IMG/VR virus record: IMGVR_UViG_3300028394_000037
Strand: one strand, 5' to 3'
Source: a virus
Length of the DNA: 64,000 nt
Shown here: positions 23,941 through 33,857 of the stretch, one piece after another
Position numbering within the stretch: the first letter of the stretch is position 1
How the letters are laid out: every line of letters begins with the position of its first letter
The notes under the pieces: model-generated
Databases searched by the model: none
What the model was told of the DNA's origin: nothing
What the model saw: the letters and a program-made list of their open reading frames with translations, nothing else
Made by a program: the position numbers and the translations under genes

Positions 23941-25649
23941 GTACCAATACGACTAAATCCCTTAATTTTTTCAAATTTAATTACGCTCTCAAATTTATCA
24001 AACAATTCAGATTTATGTGATATTACAAATATATTAGCATCTTTAATTACAAAACGAATAATTTTTAAAAATTCTTCTGTTCCAAAACCATCAAGAGAAC
24101 TATCAAAAACTTCATCCAATATTAGTAAATTTGTATTTACAGAATTTTTAAATCTTGCAACTTCACGCCAAGTAAAAAGAAGAGCTAAATCAATTCTCAT
24201 TTTTTCACCTTCACTAAATGAAGCATAAGAAAAATCTTCGTGAATCGGTGATTGAACAGTTTCATTAAATTCTTCATCAAGAGTAAAGTTAATATAAAAG
24301 TCCATCATCTGAAGATAACGATTAACTTGTTGATTAATCAGAGGCAAATATTTCTTAATAATTTTAGATTTAACTCCACCATCCTTCAGAAGATTGTATG
24401 AAAAATCGTAATACCCAATCTCATCTTTTTTCTTTGAAAGATTTTCAAAAGTTTCTTGAAGTGATTTTTTATATTCATCTAATTTTTCATGTTCAATATT
24501 TTGATTTTCTATTTTTTCAGTAATAGTTTTAATTTCAAATTTCAAATCTTCAATTTGTTTATCATATCCAGAAATAGAAAGATTGTTTTGAGAAATCTTA
24601 TGATTTAGGGAAGTGATATCCTTTGATAATTTAATAAACTCATTTTCTCTATTCTCTTCATCTTCAATTGCTTTCTCAAGTTCTTGATACCCTTTCTGAA
24701 GTTCTTTAGCATTTGATTGGGCATCATTTATTTTATCTAAACGAAATTCTTCTTGAATTTCCTGCTTGCAAGTAGGACAAACCGTATTTTCAGTAAAAAA
24801 TTTATGTTGTTCTGTAATTGAAGATACTTTTTGTTGAACCTTTCCTTTCAATCCAACAAGTTTTCTAAGTTTATCTGATGAACCAGAAAAATTTTCAAGT
24901 TCTTTATTTAAACTATCAACTTTAATTAATATATTTTTTATATCAATTTTTAAATTTTCCTCTAACTTAGAAAGTTCTTTTATTTTATTTTCTTTTTCTT
25001 TTATATTTTCTTTTCCTCTTTGTTCTAATTCATCAATAAATCCATTTTGCATTTCAACTTTATCTTTGAGAGATTGCCTTTTAAGTTCTAATGTTTTAAT
25101 CTCATCTTTAATCTCACGAATCTTATCTTTGATAACAACATTCATAGAAGAAAAGATTTTAATATCTAACAAATCTTCAATGACTTCTCTGCGATGAGCA
25201 GTAGAAAGTTGCATAAAAGGAACAAAAGTACTACTACCAAGAATTACAATCTGAGTAAAAGATTTATAATTCATTTTAATTACAGTTTGTTCAAACCATT
25301 TTTGTTGATCAATTGTAGCAGATACTTGATCTAAAAGTTTTCCATTATTATAAATTTGAAATGTATTTGGTTTAATTCCACGTACAACTTTCCAATCAAT
25401 ATTGGAAATTGAAAATTCAACTTGAACAACACAGTCTTTTTCATTGACTGTATTAACAAGTTGTGATTTATTAATTTTACGAAATGGTTTTCCAAATAAA
25501 GCAAAAGTAAGAGCATCCAAAACAGTGCTTTTACCTGCTCCATTATTACCAATAATTAAGTTGGTTGTATTTTTAGTAAAATCTATTTCTGTCCATTGAT
25601 TGCCTGTGGATAGAAAATTTTTCCAAGAAATTTTACGGAATAAAATCAT
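23937..25649 (-). CDS. gp46: Recombination endonuclease subunit (SbcC/Rad50-like)
   Basis: KNFLSTGN, GNNGAGKS, CPTC zinc hook, FSEGEK, LDEVFD, ISH. Confidence 0.97.
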   Translation of the reverse strand: MILFRKISWKNFLSTGNQWTEIDFTKNTTNLIIGNNGAGKSTVLDALTFALFGKPFRKINKSQLVNTVNEKDCVVQVEFSISNIDWKVVRGIKPNTFQIYNNGKLLDQVSATIDQQKWFEQTVIKMNYKSFTQIVILGSSTFVPFMQLSTAHRREVIEDLLDIKIFSSMNVVIKDKIREIKDEIKTLELKRQSLKDKVEMQNGFIDELEQRGKENIKEKENKIKELSKLEENLKIDIKNILIKVDSLNKELENFSGSSDKLRKLVGLKGKVQQKVSSITEQHKFFTENTVCPTCKQEIQEEFRLDKINDAQSNAKELQKGYQELEKAIEDEENRENEFIKLSKDITSLNHKISQNNLSISGYDKQIEDLKFEIKTITEKIENQNIEHEKLDEYKKSLQETFENLSKKKDEIGYYDFSYNLLKDGGVKSKIIKKYLPLINQQVNRYLQMMDFYINFTLDEEFNETVQSPIHEDFSYASFSEGEKMRIDLALLFTWREVARFKNSVNTNLLILDEVFDSSLDGFGTEEFLKIIRFVIKDANIFVISHKSELFDKFESVIKFEKIKGFSRIGT

Positions 25650-25905
25650 AATCTTTAGGTGGTATTACAATATCATCGGGTGTAATAATCGTATAACGAT
25701 AATCATGAGTCTCACAAGTTTTTATCATTACTTCATCTTCTATTTCAATTACATGCATTTCAGGATATCCATCCTCTTCCATTAAAAGAGCATATCTAAC
25801 TGCATCATCTTCTTCTTGAAAGAGATATAAAATTTTATCTCCTTCATCATCAAGTACAGAATATGCCCCTTCAGTTTCCCTTCCATTAATTGTAAGTATA
25901 AACAT
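25633..25905 (-). CDS. Conserved small acidic hypothetical protein between g47 and g46
   Basis: EGAYSV...LFQEEDDAVRYA...IITPDDIVIPP; overlaps both neighbours. Confidence 0.75.
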   Translation of the reverse strand: MFILTINGRETEGAYSVLDDEGDKILYLFQEEDDAVRYALLMEEDGYPEMHVIEIEDEVMIKTCETHDYRYTIITPDDIVIPPKDYDFIP

Positions 25906-26939
25906 TACATCATCTCACAAGCTTCTTGATATATTGATTGAATCATAGTTTTAACCAAAGATTTGTCAAGTTCTATTTCTGCTTCTTCAACATATCTATT
26001 CAAAATTGAAAGTGTATCTTCAGATTCTGTTATTTCAAATTCTACATTTTCTTCAACCTGAAAATTTTCAACTATTTTAAGTTCTGATATATTTGAACTA
26101 TAAAGTTTATCAATAAATTTTTCAAATCTTTCAGTATTTGTTTTTTTACGAACAATTACTTTAACAATTTTTCCTTCATATTCTGCTGTATCAAATGTCT
26201 TATAATCTAAATCCTCATAATAAATTACATAATACATTCTATATGGATTATTGACTGGAATATGTTCTAAGGTTTCAGTATCAAAAATATGAAATCCACG
26301 AGTATCATTTAAATCATTCCAAAACATTTCATATGGATTTCCCAAATAATATACTGTTCCATTATCTGAACGGGTATGATAATGCCCAGAGAATACTTTT
26401 TTGAATCCACTAAAAACTATAGAGTCCATACCATCATCCATAATATGTCCCCTATATGCTTCAAATCCATTCAACTCCAAATGACCCATCGCAATTTTAC
26501 AACTATTATTTTTAATCAGACGTAAAGTTTTTTCTTCATTATCAGCGCATATCCAAGGAATAAAAAGAATATTTAGATTTCCAATCTTAACAACTTCCGG
26601 ATCACTATAAGTCTTAATATTTGAATAATTTTGAAGTAAAAGATTTGGTGAATTCACATTATTAGTATTTTTATAATATGCATCGTGATTACCAATAATC
26701 ATATGAACATCACAAGACGAGAGAGGATCTAATACAACCCGTTTTGTCCATTCTAGACTTTGATAATCTATTGATTTGCGACTATCAAAAGCATCCCCAA
26801 GATGCAATACGGTAGTAATCCCTTCTTTTTCTAATGTTGGGAAAAAAATATCATTATAAAACATTTCAAAATAATCATGAAAAAGTTTAGAACCTTTTCT
26901 TGCTCCCCAATGACTGTCTGTTAAAATAGCCACTTTCAT
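25905..26939 (-). CDS. gp47: Recombination nuclease subunit (SbcD/Mre11-like)
   Basis: DSHWG, LGDAFD, GNHD, GHLE, SGHYH phosphoesterase motifs. Confidence 0.97.
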   Translation of the reverse strand: MKVAILTDSHWGARKGSKLFHDYFEMFYNDIFFPTLEKEGITTVLHLGDAFDSRKSIDYQSLEWTKRVVLDPLSSCDVHMIIGNHDAYYKNTNNVNSPNLLLQNYSNIKTYSDPEVVKIGNLNILFIPWICADNEEKTLRLIKNNSCKIAMGHLELNGFEAYRGHIMDDGMDSIVFSGFKKVFSGHYHTRSDNGTVYYLGNPYEMFWNDLNDTRGFHIFDTETLEHIPVNNPYRMYYVIYYEDLDYKTFDTAEYEGKIVKVIVRKKTNTERFEKFIDKLYSSNISELKIVENFQVEENVEFEITESEDTLSILNRYVEEAEIELDKSLVKTMIQSIYQEACEMM

Positions 26940-26981
26940 AATTTTACGTTTCCTTTATGGATTTTTAGAAAATGTATTTGA

Positions 26982-27476
26982 TCAATATCTAAATTTAGAA
27001 TAAACAGCATCTTTAATACTATTATAATCTGAATAATTTTCGCCATCAATAAGATTATTATCTACAAATACATTATCAAATCCAGTCTTTTCAAGAATCT
27101 TATTCTTAATTTCCAATTGTTTTTTTTCTTTTTGAATTCTTCTTAAAAAAGCATAGTAAACAATTTGAGTAAAATAAGCAAATGGATTTGTACGTTCTAC
27201 ATCAAATCTGTCAATATATTGTACACAATTTTCTATACCATCACAAATCATATCATCCTTAAACATATAATTTACAAAATTTGGTTTAAAGGATAAATGT
27301 GTAGCAATCTTTAAAAAACATTCACCAAGATAGTTTGTAATTCTTGGTTTTGGATTGTTGCCAGATTCTGCATTTTCAACTTCTTTTTTGTACTTAATAA
27401 GTGCATCCAAAAAATCTTTATTATTAACATAATGCTCTGACCTCTTTCTTTTGGTCATAACTGTTGTTGTAATCAT
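26982..27476 (-). CDS. gp55: Late-transcription sigma factor
   Basis: HYVNNKDF, NFVNYMFKDDMICDGIENC, NPFAYFTQI...AFLRRIQKEKKQ. Confidence 0.97.
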   Translation of the reverse strand: MITTTVMTKRKRSEHYVNNKDFLDALIKYKKEVENAESGNNPKPRITNYLGECFLKIATHLSFKPNFVNYMFKDDMICDGIENCVQYIDRFDVERTNPFAYFTQIVYYAFLRRIQKEKKQLEIKNKILEKTGFDNVFVDNNLIDGENYSDYNSIKDAVYSKFRY

Positions 27477-27503
27477 TAACTTAATTTACTTTAGTATCTA
27501 GAC

Positions 27504-27532
27504 ATTATAATATTTTTAGTCGTAGTTGACAA
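27504..27532 (-). promoter_or_regulatory. Sigma70-type promoter for g55-g47-g46
   Basis: TTGTCA-17 nt-TATAAT on minus. Confidence 0.75.
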
Positions 27533-27554
27533 GTGTATTGAAAATTGATACAAT
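27526..27554 (+). promoter_or_regulatory. Sigma70-type antisense promoter
   Basis: TTGACA-17 nt-TACAAT with TGn extension on plus; its -35 overlaps that of the g55 promoter. Confidence 0.65.
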
Positions 27555-27582
27555 AACCTTTGTGAGGGTTGAAAGAAATGTA

Positions 27583-27975
27583 TTAGTTATTTTTATAGAG
27601 CTTCTCTAAGCTCTTCTTGGCATCATCAATATTGGAAATATATCCCATTTTTCTATTTAATTTGGATTCATTTGATTTTAACTTATCACACTGTCTCACA
27701 TAAGACTGATACATCATTATCATTTCAATATCAGAAGATTCTGTCATTGTGATAATATCATTCAAATTAATAATAAACATATCTTCTGTGGTAGTTTTTA
27801 ACCAAGGCTCTACTTTATAACCAAATTGACCTATCTTATTTTTATATTCAGATACAGTAATTGGATGAGTAACTATCAATAAAGTTCTGTCTTCTTCTTC
27901 AGAAGCTGCCACTCTACAGAAAATTTCCTCTCCTGATTTTAATTTTAAAGTTGCATAAAAATCTTCTTCTATCAT
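27583..27975 (-). CDS. Conserved hypothetical protein (Sm-like fold suspected)
   Basis: FYATLKLKSGEEIF...KVEPWLK...MGYISNIDDAKKSLEKLY; syntenic between uvsW and g55. Confidence 0.75.
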   Translation of the reverse strand: MIEEDFYATLKLKSGEEIFCRVAASEEEDRTLLIVTHPITVSEYKNKIGQFGYKVEPWLKTTTEDMFIINLNDIITMTESSDIEMIMMYQSYVRQCDKLKSNESKLNRKMGYISNIDDAKKSLEKLYKNN

Positions 27976-29444
27976 TTTTTTAATTGAATAGTGGTTATTT
28001 CGTAATTAAATTTTTCTTCATTATAAATTTTAATTCGTTCTATCAAATGATTGAGTGTATAATTTTTTCTTGAATTATGAGTACAATCATCTGCAATATC
28101 ATAAAGAACTGCTTTTGTTTTATTTTTACCTTTTCTCAGTACTCTTCCAATTGATTGAAGATTTCTGACTCTTGATTTACTTGGAGAAGCAAAAATAACA
28201 TTATGTAAATTTTTGATATTGATTCCAGTGGAGAAAGTACCGTAAGAAGCAACAATAATAGCGTTAATTTCCTTTTCAGTAATTTCTCTAACTAATTCTC
28301 TTTCTTCAGTATCCACTCCACCGTGAATAAAAAAGACTTTACGATCATTTCGCTTATTACTATTTATCATTTCGTATAATATCTTACCATGCGCTTCTAC
28401 TCTTGAAAAAAGAACAAGTGTATTTCCTTTCAAATCTAAAGTAAGATTTGTAATAAATTTATTTCTTTTTTCGTGAGAAATTAAAAATTGTATTTCATCT
28501 TCATAAGTTTCAAATTTTTGTGGAGAATGTTTAAGAACAATGCATTGAATATCTAACTGTGAAAGATGACCTTGTTCCATCAATTCAGCAGTTTTAGTTA
28601 CTTTGTATGAAGGTCCAAATAATCCTTCAAGAACCCATTTATGAGTTTGAGTTCCATCTAATGTTCCAGTGAATCCAAATCTATATTTTGCATGATGAAG
28701 ATTATTCATAATATTAATTAAAGATTTGCTCTTGAATAAATGAGCTTCATCACCTATAATTACATTATAGTCTTCAAAAAATGAACGCTCTAATTTATAA
28801 ATGGATTGCCAAGTTGTAATTGTAACTGGTGATTCGTTTGTTTTTTCTCTACCTGAATAAATTTTATGACAATATGATTCAGCATTCCAACCATAATCCT
28901 GAAAATCTTTATACATTTGCTCTACAAGACTGGTTGTTGGAACGACTAAAAGAATTTTTTGATTCTTATCAACATAATAACGCACTAAAGAATAAATCAT
29001 CAGACTTTTTCCTGATGCAGTAGGACTTATCAATAACTTCCTATTGTTCTTTAATGCGCCGTATACGCCTTCTATTTGATATTGGCGAGGTTCATGTACA
29101 CAAATAGACTTCATGTAGTCTTTTACACCTTCAAGAGAAATTAACTCATTGATTTCAAAAGGTAATCCATAAAATTTATTATTTTCAAATTTATAAGTAT
29201 ATCCATATTGCTTACAAAAATCTATAACTTTATCTAAAAGACCAACATAGATTTGCTTAGTTCTTGTATCAAATAAATGTATTTCTCCATTCCAATTTCT
29301 ACCTCTATACTGAGGCATAAATTTTGCATTAGGAACTTCAAATTTGAAATGATCTCTAAGTTCATATTCAATATGAGGTTCTGTTTGTATTTTTAAATAA
29401 ACTTCGTTTGACTTGCTAATAACCAGATTTGTAGTATCAACCAT
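27972..29444 (-). CDS. uvsW: RNA-DNA and DNA helicase UvsW
   Basis: PRQYQ, SPTASGKS, GDEAH, GFTGT, QSIGRVLR. Confidence 0.97.
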   Translation of the reverse strand: MVDTTNLVISKSNEVYLKIQTEPHIEYELRDHFKFEVPNAKFMPQYRGRNWNGEIHLFDTRTKQIYVGLLDKVIDFCKQYGYTYKFENNKFYGLPFEINELISLEGVKDYMKSICVHEPRQYQIEGVYGALKNNRKLLISPTASGKSLMIYSLVRYYVDKNQKILLVVPTTSLVEQMYKDFQDYGWNAESYCHKIYSGREKTNESPVTITTWQSIYKLERSFFEDYNVIIGDEAHLFKSKSLINIMNNLHHAKYRFGFTGTLDGTQTHKWVLEGLFGPSYKVTKTAELMEQGHLSQLDIQCIVLKHSPQKFETYEDEIQFLISHEKRNKFITNLTLDLKGNTLVLFSRVEAHGKILYEMINSNKRNDRKVFFIHGGVDTEERELVREITEKEINAIIVASYGTFSTGINIKNLHNVIFASPSKSRVRNLQSIGRVLRKGKNKTKAVLYDIADDCTHNSRKNYTLNHLIERIKIYNEEKFNYEITTIQLKK

Positions 29445-29874
29445 ATCCTGCCTGGAATCTTATAAATTCAATTGCATTTTTAATTTGATAAGTACGATTT
29501 TGTATTACTTTAAGAATGCTCTCTAAGTAATTTAGCATAGTTTCATAGTAGTCAATTTTTAAAGAAATTTGTGATAATTTTTCATCAGCATCAAGATATT
29601 TTTGTAAAGTATCTTTATCTCTTATTTTTTTAGGAAAAGGATTGTCTATGTAAATTTCTGGATCGGATTTGCCAGAATAATATTCGTATCTTTCGTGACG
29701 AATATTTCTTTTTTGTTGCTCTGCTCTTTTTCTTAATAGAATTATATTATTATAAAGATCAAAATATTTTGCATGTAATGATGGGATTTTTAAAGATTCT
29801 GTATGAAGATTATCTGGATCAATTTTAGAATCTTCTTCCCACATTTTTTGAATCATTTCAATATCAAAACTCAT
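29437..29874 (-). CDS. uvsY: Recombination mediator UvsY
   Basis: DSKID...IPSLHAKY...YYSGK...RTYQIKNAIE; adjacent to uvsW. Confidence 0.92.
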   Translation of the reverse strand: MSFDIEMIQKMWEEDSKIDPDNLHTESLKIPSLHAKYFDLYNNIILLRKRAEQQKRNIRHERYEYYSGKSDPEIYIDNPFPKKIRDKDTLQKYLDADEKLSQISLKIDYYETMLNYLESILKVIQNRTYQIKNAIEFIRFQAGYG

Positions 29875-30419
29875 AAAGGATTTCCACTTAAATCTGTTAT
29901 ATTGTAAATAGTATACTTGAAACTTATATCTGCCGTAAAGTATTGTATATCAGTATCTGTAGCATCAAAAATAATTGTTGATAGTGAATATGGAAATAAG
30001 TCTTTAAATATAACTTTAAAACGTGGTACTAAATTGCTACTTAAAATTTGCAAAGTACCATCAGAATAAATGTCCATTCCACGTTGAGTGTATCTTGCAT
30101 TTATAAAACCATTATTTTGTAAATTATAAATTTCTTCTAAACTTTCTGGATATCCAAGACCACGAATCCAATTTTGCAATTCCATATAATTTTCAAGATT
30201 TTCATCAACTAAAAATCTCAAATTCAAATCACCAAAAATTATTTTATCTCCTGGTTGGTCAATATCTTTTAAGTATGATGGTTGAACGGCAATACCCAAA
30301 TTAATATCTGGTATATTTGCTTGATTGCAAAAAAATGCTACTTTGGGACTTCTATTTAAAGAAAACTTAAACCCTGTAGGCGATAAAAAATTGCGATTAT
30401 CTATTTGATTTGATGACAT
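29871..30419 (-). CDS. gp3: Tail completion / tail tube terminator protein
   Basis: NRNFLSPTGFKF, ANIP, FLVDENLENY, FKDLFP. Start moved to MSSNQID because the longer ORF crosses the g23 terminator. CTAAATA at 30430-30436. Confidence 0.9.
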   Translation of the reverse strand: MSSNQIDNRNFLSPTGFKFSLNRSPKVAFFCNQANIPDINLGIAVQPSYLKDIDQPGDKIIFGDLNLRFLVDENLENYMELQNWIRGLGYPESLEEIYNLQNNGFINARYTQRGMDIYSDGTLQILSSNLVPRFKVIFKDLFPYSLSTIIFDATDTDIQYFTADISFKYTIYNITDLSGNPL

Positions 30420-30438
30420 TTTTTTTAAATATTTAGAC

Positions 30439-30468
30439 AAAAAAAGGGACCCCTTTTGAGGGTCCCTT
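30439..30468 (-). terminator. Intrinsic terminator after g23
   Basis: AAGGGACCC/GGGTCCCTT stem with U-tract on minus. Confidence 0.9.
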
Positions 30469-30485
30469 GAAAACTGCATGTAAAA

Positions 30486-31916
30486 TTACATGAGATTTTT
30501 TACAGAAACACGTCTGTAGTAACGGTTTGCATTAACTTGCAATCTACCTTGACCTTGAGTGGTTCCTTCTGCAAATGGGTTAGCAACAATACCGTAACGA
30601 GTCTTGAAGCCAATCTTTGGTTGGAAGGAGTTCTCACCAACGGCACGAACCATTTGGAGAGGAACATAAGGACAATAGAAGAGTCCAGCATCATAAGGGG
30701 ATGTACCCTTATAACCGACAACATAGTACTGATTAGTACCTTGTGCAAGACCAATGTTGTTAGCAGCGAGGTTAGCAGAATATGGGTCAATATATACGCG
30801 GAATTTGCCCATCAATGTACCAGCAAAAGTATTGCCAGTGTCATCAACGTTAAGGTTAGCGTTGAGTGCAGGGGTGTAGTCAAGAACACCAGCCATGGTA
30901 AGTGCTGAAGCAACGTCAGCAGAACACATGATGATGTTGCCCTTTCCACGACGAGTTCTTTGTGCGATTGCGTTAGCATCACGCTCAATTTGGAACAAGA
31001 GACCCTTGAACTTCTCAACTGACCAACGACCGTTGGAATCAACGTCAAGGTCAAATACACCAGCAGTAGCGGTGTTTTGAACAGCACCTTGCTCAGCAAC
31101 CTTGTAGATGGTACGAATAACTTCGCGGTTGATTTCAGCAAGAATCTCAGTTGAGAGAATGTTTGCCAATTCCGCTTCAGCATTCAGACCATGAATTGCC
31201 TTAAGGTCTTGTGCGAGTTCTAATGAGTACTCAGCCTTGAGTGCTCTAGACTTTGCAGTAACAGTGACCTTCTCAATTGAGAATGCCATCTGGTTGAACT
31301 GGTCACCACCAGCGCCATCTCCAAGTGCTTCTGCATCACCAGTCTGCATTCCGTTACCAACGTTGTATGCAGTTTGATCGCCAGCACCACCAACAGGGTT
31401 AAGAACTGATGGGTTGGTTCCAGATTGTGAAGTAGTACCAATACCAGCAGCAGTGCTACCAAATCCAACGTTATCAAACGCTGAATTTTGTCCAGAGAAT
31501 GCTGAATCTACTTCATTGTAGAATGCTTCATTACCGGATTGATTGGTGTAACGTGAACGCATTGCGAAGATGAGTCCAGTAGGACCGCTCATTGGTTGAA
31601 CACCTGCGAGGTCATAAGCGACCAAGTTAGGCATTGAACGACGAATGAGTGAGATTAGAACTGGATCAAAACCTGCGGTAGGACCACCAGAAGCAGAACC
31701 ACCACTGAAACCACCAGTACCAGTTGAGTTAGTTGGTGATTCCATGAGCATACTCATGGATCCATTATCAAAAGAAGATTGCTCTCTTAAGAATTTTTCT
31801 TGATTTTCTAGCAGGACTGCGGTTACAGCTCTACGATGGGAATCTTTAATTTGATCAAGACCCTCATAGTTGAGAAGTGGTGCCCACTTTTCCTGCAGAT
31901 GTTCTGATTGAAACAT
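30486..31916 (-). CDS. gp23: Major capsid protein
   Basis: KWAPLL, LLENQE, GVQPMSGPTGLIFAMR, KSRALKAEYSLELAQDLKAIHG, YCPYVPL, FKTRYG. Confidence 0.99.
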   Translation of the reverse strand: MFQSEHLQEKWAPLLNYEGLDQIKDSHRRAVTAVLLENQEKFLREQSSFDNGSMSMLMESPTNSTGTGGFSGGSASGGPTAGFDPVLISLIRRSMPNLVAYDLAGVQPMSGPTGLIFAMRSRYTNQSGNEAFYNEVDSAFSGQNSAFDNVGFGSTAAGIGTTSQSGTNPSVLNPVGGAGDQTAYNVGNGMQTGDAEALGDGAGGDQFNQMAFSIEKVTVTAKSRALKAEYSLELAQDLKAIHGLNAEAELANILSTEILAEINREVIRTIYKVAEQGAVQNTATAGVFDLDVDSNGRWSVEKFKGLLFQIERDANAIAQRTRRGKGNIIMCSADVASALTMAGVLDYTPALNANLNVDDTGNTFAGTLMGKFRVYIDPYSANLAANNIGLAQGTNQYYVVGYKGTSPYDAGLFYCPYVPLQMVRAVGENSFQPKIGFKTRYGIVANPFAEGTTQGQGRLQVNANRYYRRVSVKNLM

Positions 31917-31972
31917 TTGCTTTTACCTTTAGTAAGTGTGTTTTTTTGCGTTTGATTTAATATTAAAATCAG

Positions 31973-33160
31973 TTATTTGCTGAATGCTGAAAGAGTTTTC
32001 AAGTAAGAAGCCATTGTTCCTGAAATTGATTCAGGTGAACTATCTACACCTTCTGATAAAGTTTCAGTTTTAGCTTTTGGAGTTCTATGAGTTGGGAAGT
32101 ATGACTCCCTCAATATCTCCAATTTTTCACGATATTCTGCTTCACTTTCAAACTCAACACTTTCGGAAAGTGAGGCGAGCTTCTCTTTCTGAGTAATCGC
32201 AAGACCCTCAGAAACTTGATCTAAGATTCCATCAGCAACCGACTCTGCGAGACGCCTGTTAAGGGAAACATTTTTCTCAATCTGCTCGTTGAGTTTTGTC
32301 TCCATTTCATCAAGTTTTACTACCATACTATCTAACACATCATATTTATCTTCAGGGATTTCTACATAATGTTCTTCAAAAAGACCTTTCATTCCTGAAA
32401 GGAATGATTCTGTAAGTTCTGACTTAAGACCTTGCTCAATTGCAAGAAAATTTTCTGCAAACCATTCATCAGAAACATATTCTAGATAGGAATCAACACG
32501 ATCACTAAGATTTTCTTTGATGATTTCAACTTCTTCAATCAATCTTTGATCATATTGATACTCAAGAGATTCTTTAATTTCATAAACTTTAGATTTTAAA
32601 GCAGCTTCAAAAATTGTTTTTGCTTTTACTTTAAATTCTTCTGAAAGATCTTCGCCACCAAGAAGAGCATTTACATCCTCTTCAATTTCAAAACTTTCAT
32701 CCATATCTTCTTTTTCATCTTCTTCATCCTCATCATCTTCTTCAGATTTCTTAGGATTCTTTTTACCATATTCTTTTTTATCTTCCTTCTTATCTTCTTC
32801 ACTCCCTTCGTCTTCGTATTCTTCCTCTTCTTCTTTTGCTTCTAGAAGTTCTTCATCTTCATCATAATCAGAATCTTCCTTCATTCCTTTCATTGGGCCA
32901 GCACCTTTTGCACCCTTGTTTACAACATCTCTAACTTGCTTGAGTGTTGCACCAGGAGTTTTAAGTTTTGCTGTTCCGTTTTCATCATTAGTATAATCTT
33001 CTGGAGTAGGACCACCGAGGTCTTCCCAACTACCAGTTTGCCCAGCGACAGCGCCGCCAGCTAATTTTGGCATCGCATCTGCTGCTTTAGCATTCGTATT
33101 CACAGCAGTTTTGGATTGCTTAGTGCCTACTTCCATTTCTTGTAGATCTCCACGAGACAT
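31973..33160 (-). CDS. gp22: Prohead core scaffolding protein
   Basis: EDLGGPTPE, acidic tract, LSEEFK..AKTIFEAA, VDSYLEYV; between g21 and g23. Confidence 0.93.
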   Translation of the reverse strand: MSRGDLQEMEVGTKQSKTAVNTNAKAADAMPKLAGGAVAGQTGSWEDLGGPTPEDYTNDENGTAKLKTPGATLKQVRDVVNKGAKGAGPMKGMKEDSDYDEDEELLEAKEEEEEYEDEGSEEDKKEDKKEYGKKNPKKSEEDDEDEEDEKEDMDESFEIEEDVNALLGGEDLSEEFKVKAKTIFEAALKSKVYEIKESLEYQYDQRLIEEVEIIKENLSDRVDSYLEYVSDEWFAENFLAIEQGLKSELTESFLSGMKGLFEEHYVEIPEDKYDVLDSMVVKLDEMETKLNEQIEKNVSLNRRLAESVADGILDQVSEGLAITQKEKLASLSESVEFESEAEYREKLEILRESYFPTHRTPKAKTETLSEGVDSSPESISGTMASYLKTLSAFSK

Positions 33161-33196
33161 TTGAACTCTCCGATTTACCTGTATTAAATCTATATT

Positions 33197-33204
33197 TATT
33201 TATA
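33197..33204 (-). promoter_or_regulatory. Late promoter TATAAATA for g22-g23
   Basis: Exact consensus upstream of SD GGAG and ATG 33160. Confidence 0.8.
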
Positions 33205-33206
33205 AT

Positions 33207-33857
33207 TTAAAGATTTGCTAGAAAATCGTTGAACAGATTTAATTTCTGCTCATCAAGTTGTTTTTGGTCAGAAAGAGTATTAATTCTTCTTTGAATTTTA
33301 GTTGCAACTTGTTCACGAAGAATTCCTCCTTCCCAAATCCACTCCTTACCTTCCATAATTCCCTGAACAAATGCATCAGGGGCAGAAGGGTCTGCAACAA
33401 TATCTGCAGCAGTAGCAAGCATAAAATCTTGACCAACTTCATTGTATCCATCACGATTTCTTATGACAGATCCTATACCACGAGAAGATACTCCAAGAGT
33501 AACTCCAGAGTTTAAGAGTGCCTCTGCAATTTTACCCATTGGAGTTGGAAGAATTTGAGCTTTACCAATAAAATTATTTCCCTCAGCATAAAGGCAAACA
33601 ATTTTATGAGAAACTCTATCCAAATTTACAGTCGGACCATCAGGATGTCCGAGTTCTCCAAGTGCCCTACCTTTCAAGATATAATTTTCATTATATCGTT
33701 TAACTTCCCTTTCCATTACTGGAAAGCGATATACTCTATTATTACGATTTGGTTGTTCCGTTTGAAGGAATGGACCTTGAATGAATAGTGTTTTCTTACC
33801 ATTTACACTTTCGGTAAGAACTTCTACTGATTCTATTTCTTCGGTAATGAGTTTCAT
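33207..33857 (-). CDS. gp21: Prohead protease
   Basis: MKLITE, NRNNRVY, ALGELGHP, GVSSRGIGS, DIVADPSAPDA. Confidence 0.97.
   Translation of the reverse strand: MKLITEEIESVEVLTESVNGKKTLFIQGPFLQTEQPNRNNRVYRFPVMEREVKRYNENYILKGRALGELGHPDGPTVNLDRVSHKIVCLYAEGNNFIGKAQILPTPMGKIAEALLNSGVTLGVSSRGIGSVIRNRDGYNEVGQDFMLATAADIVADPSAPDAFVQGIMEGKEWIWEGGILREQVATKIQRRINTLSDQKQLDEQKLNLFNDFLANL

Noticed and set aside
30500-31477. Several overlapping alternative-frame and antisense ORFs within g23 (similar ones in nrdA, g44, g14, g8, g7)
   Set aside because: Expected shadows of strong codon bias; no SD, promoter or recognisable motif.
32690-32890. TCTTC-rich low-complexity tract
   Set aside because: It encodes the ordinary Glu/Asp/Lys-rich region of scaffold gp22.
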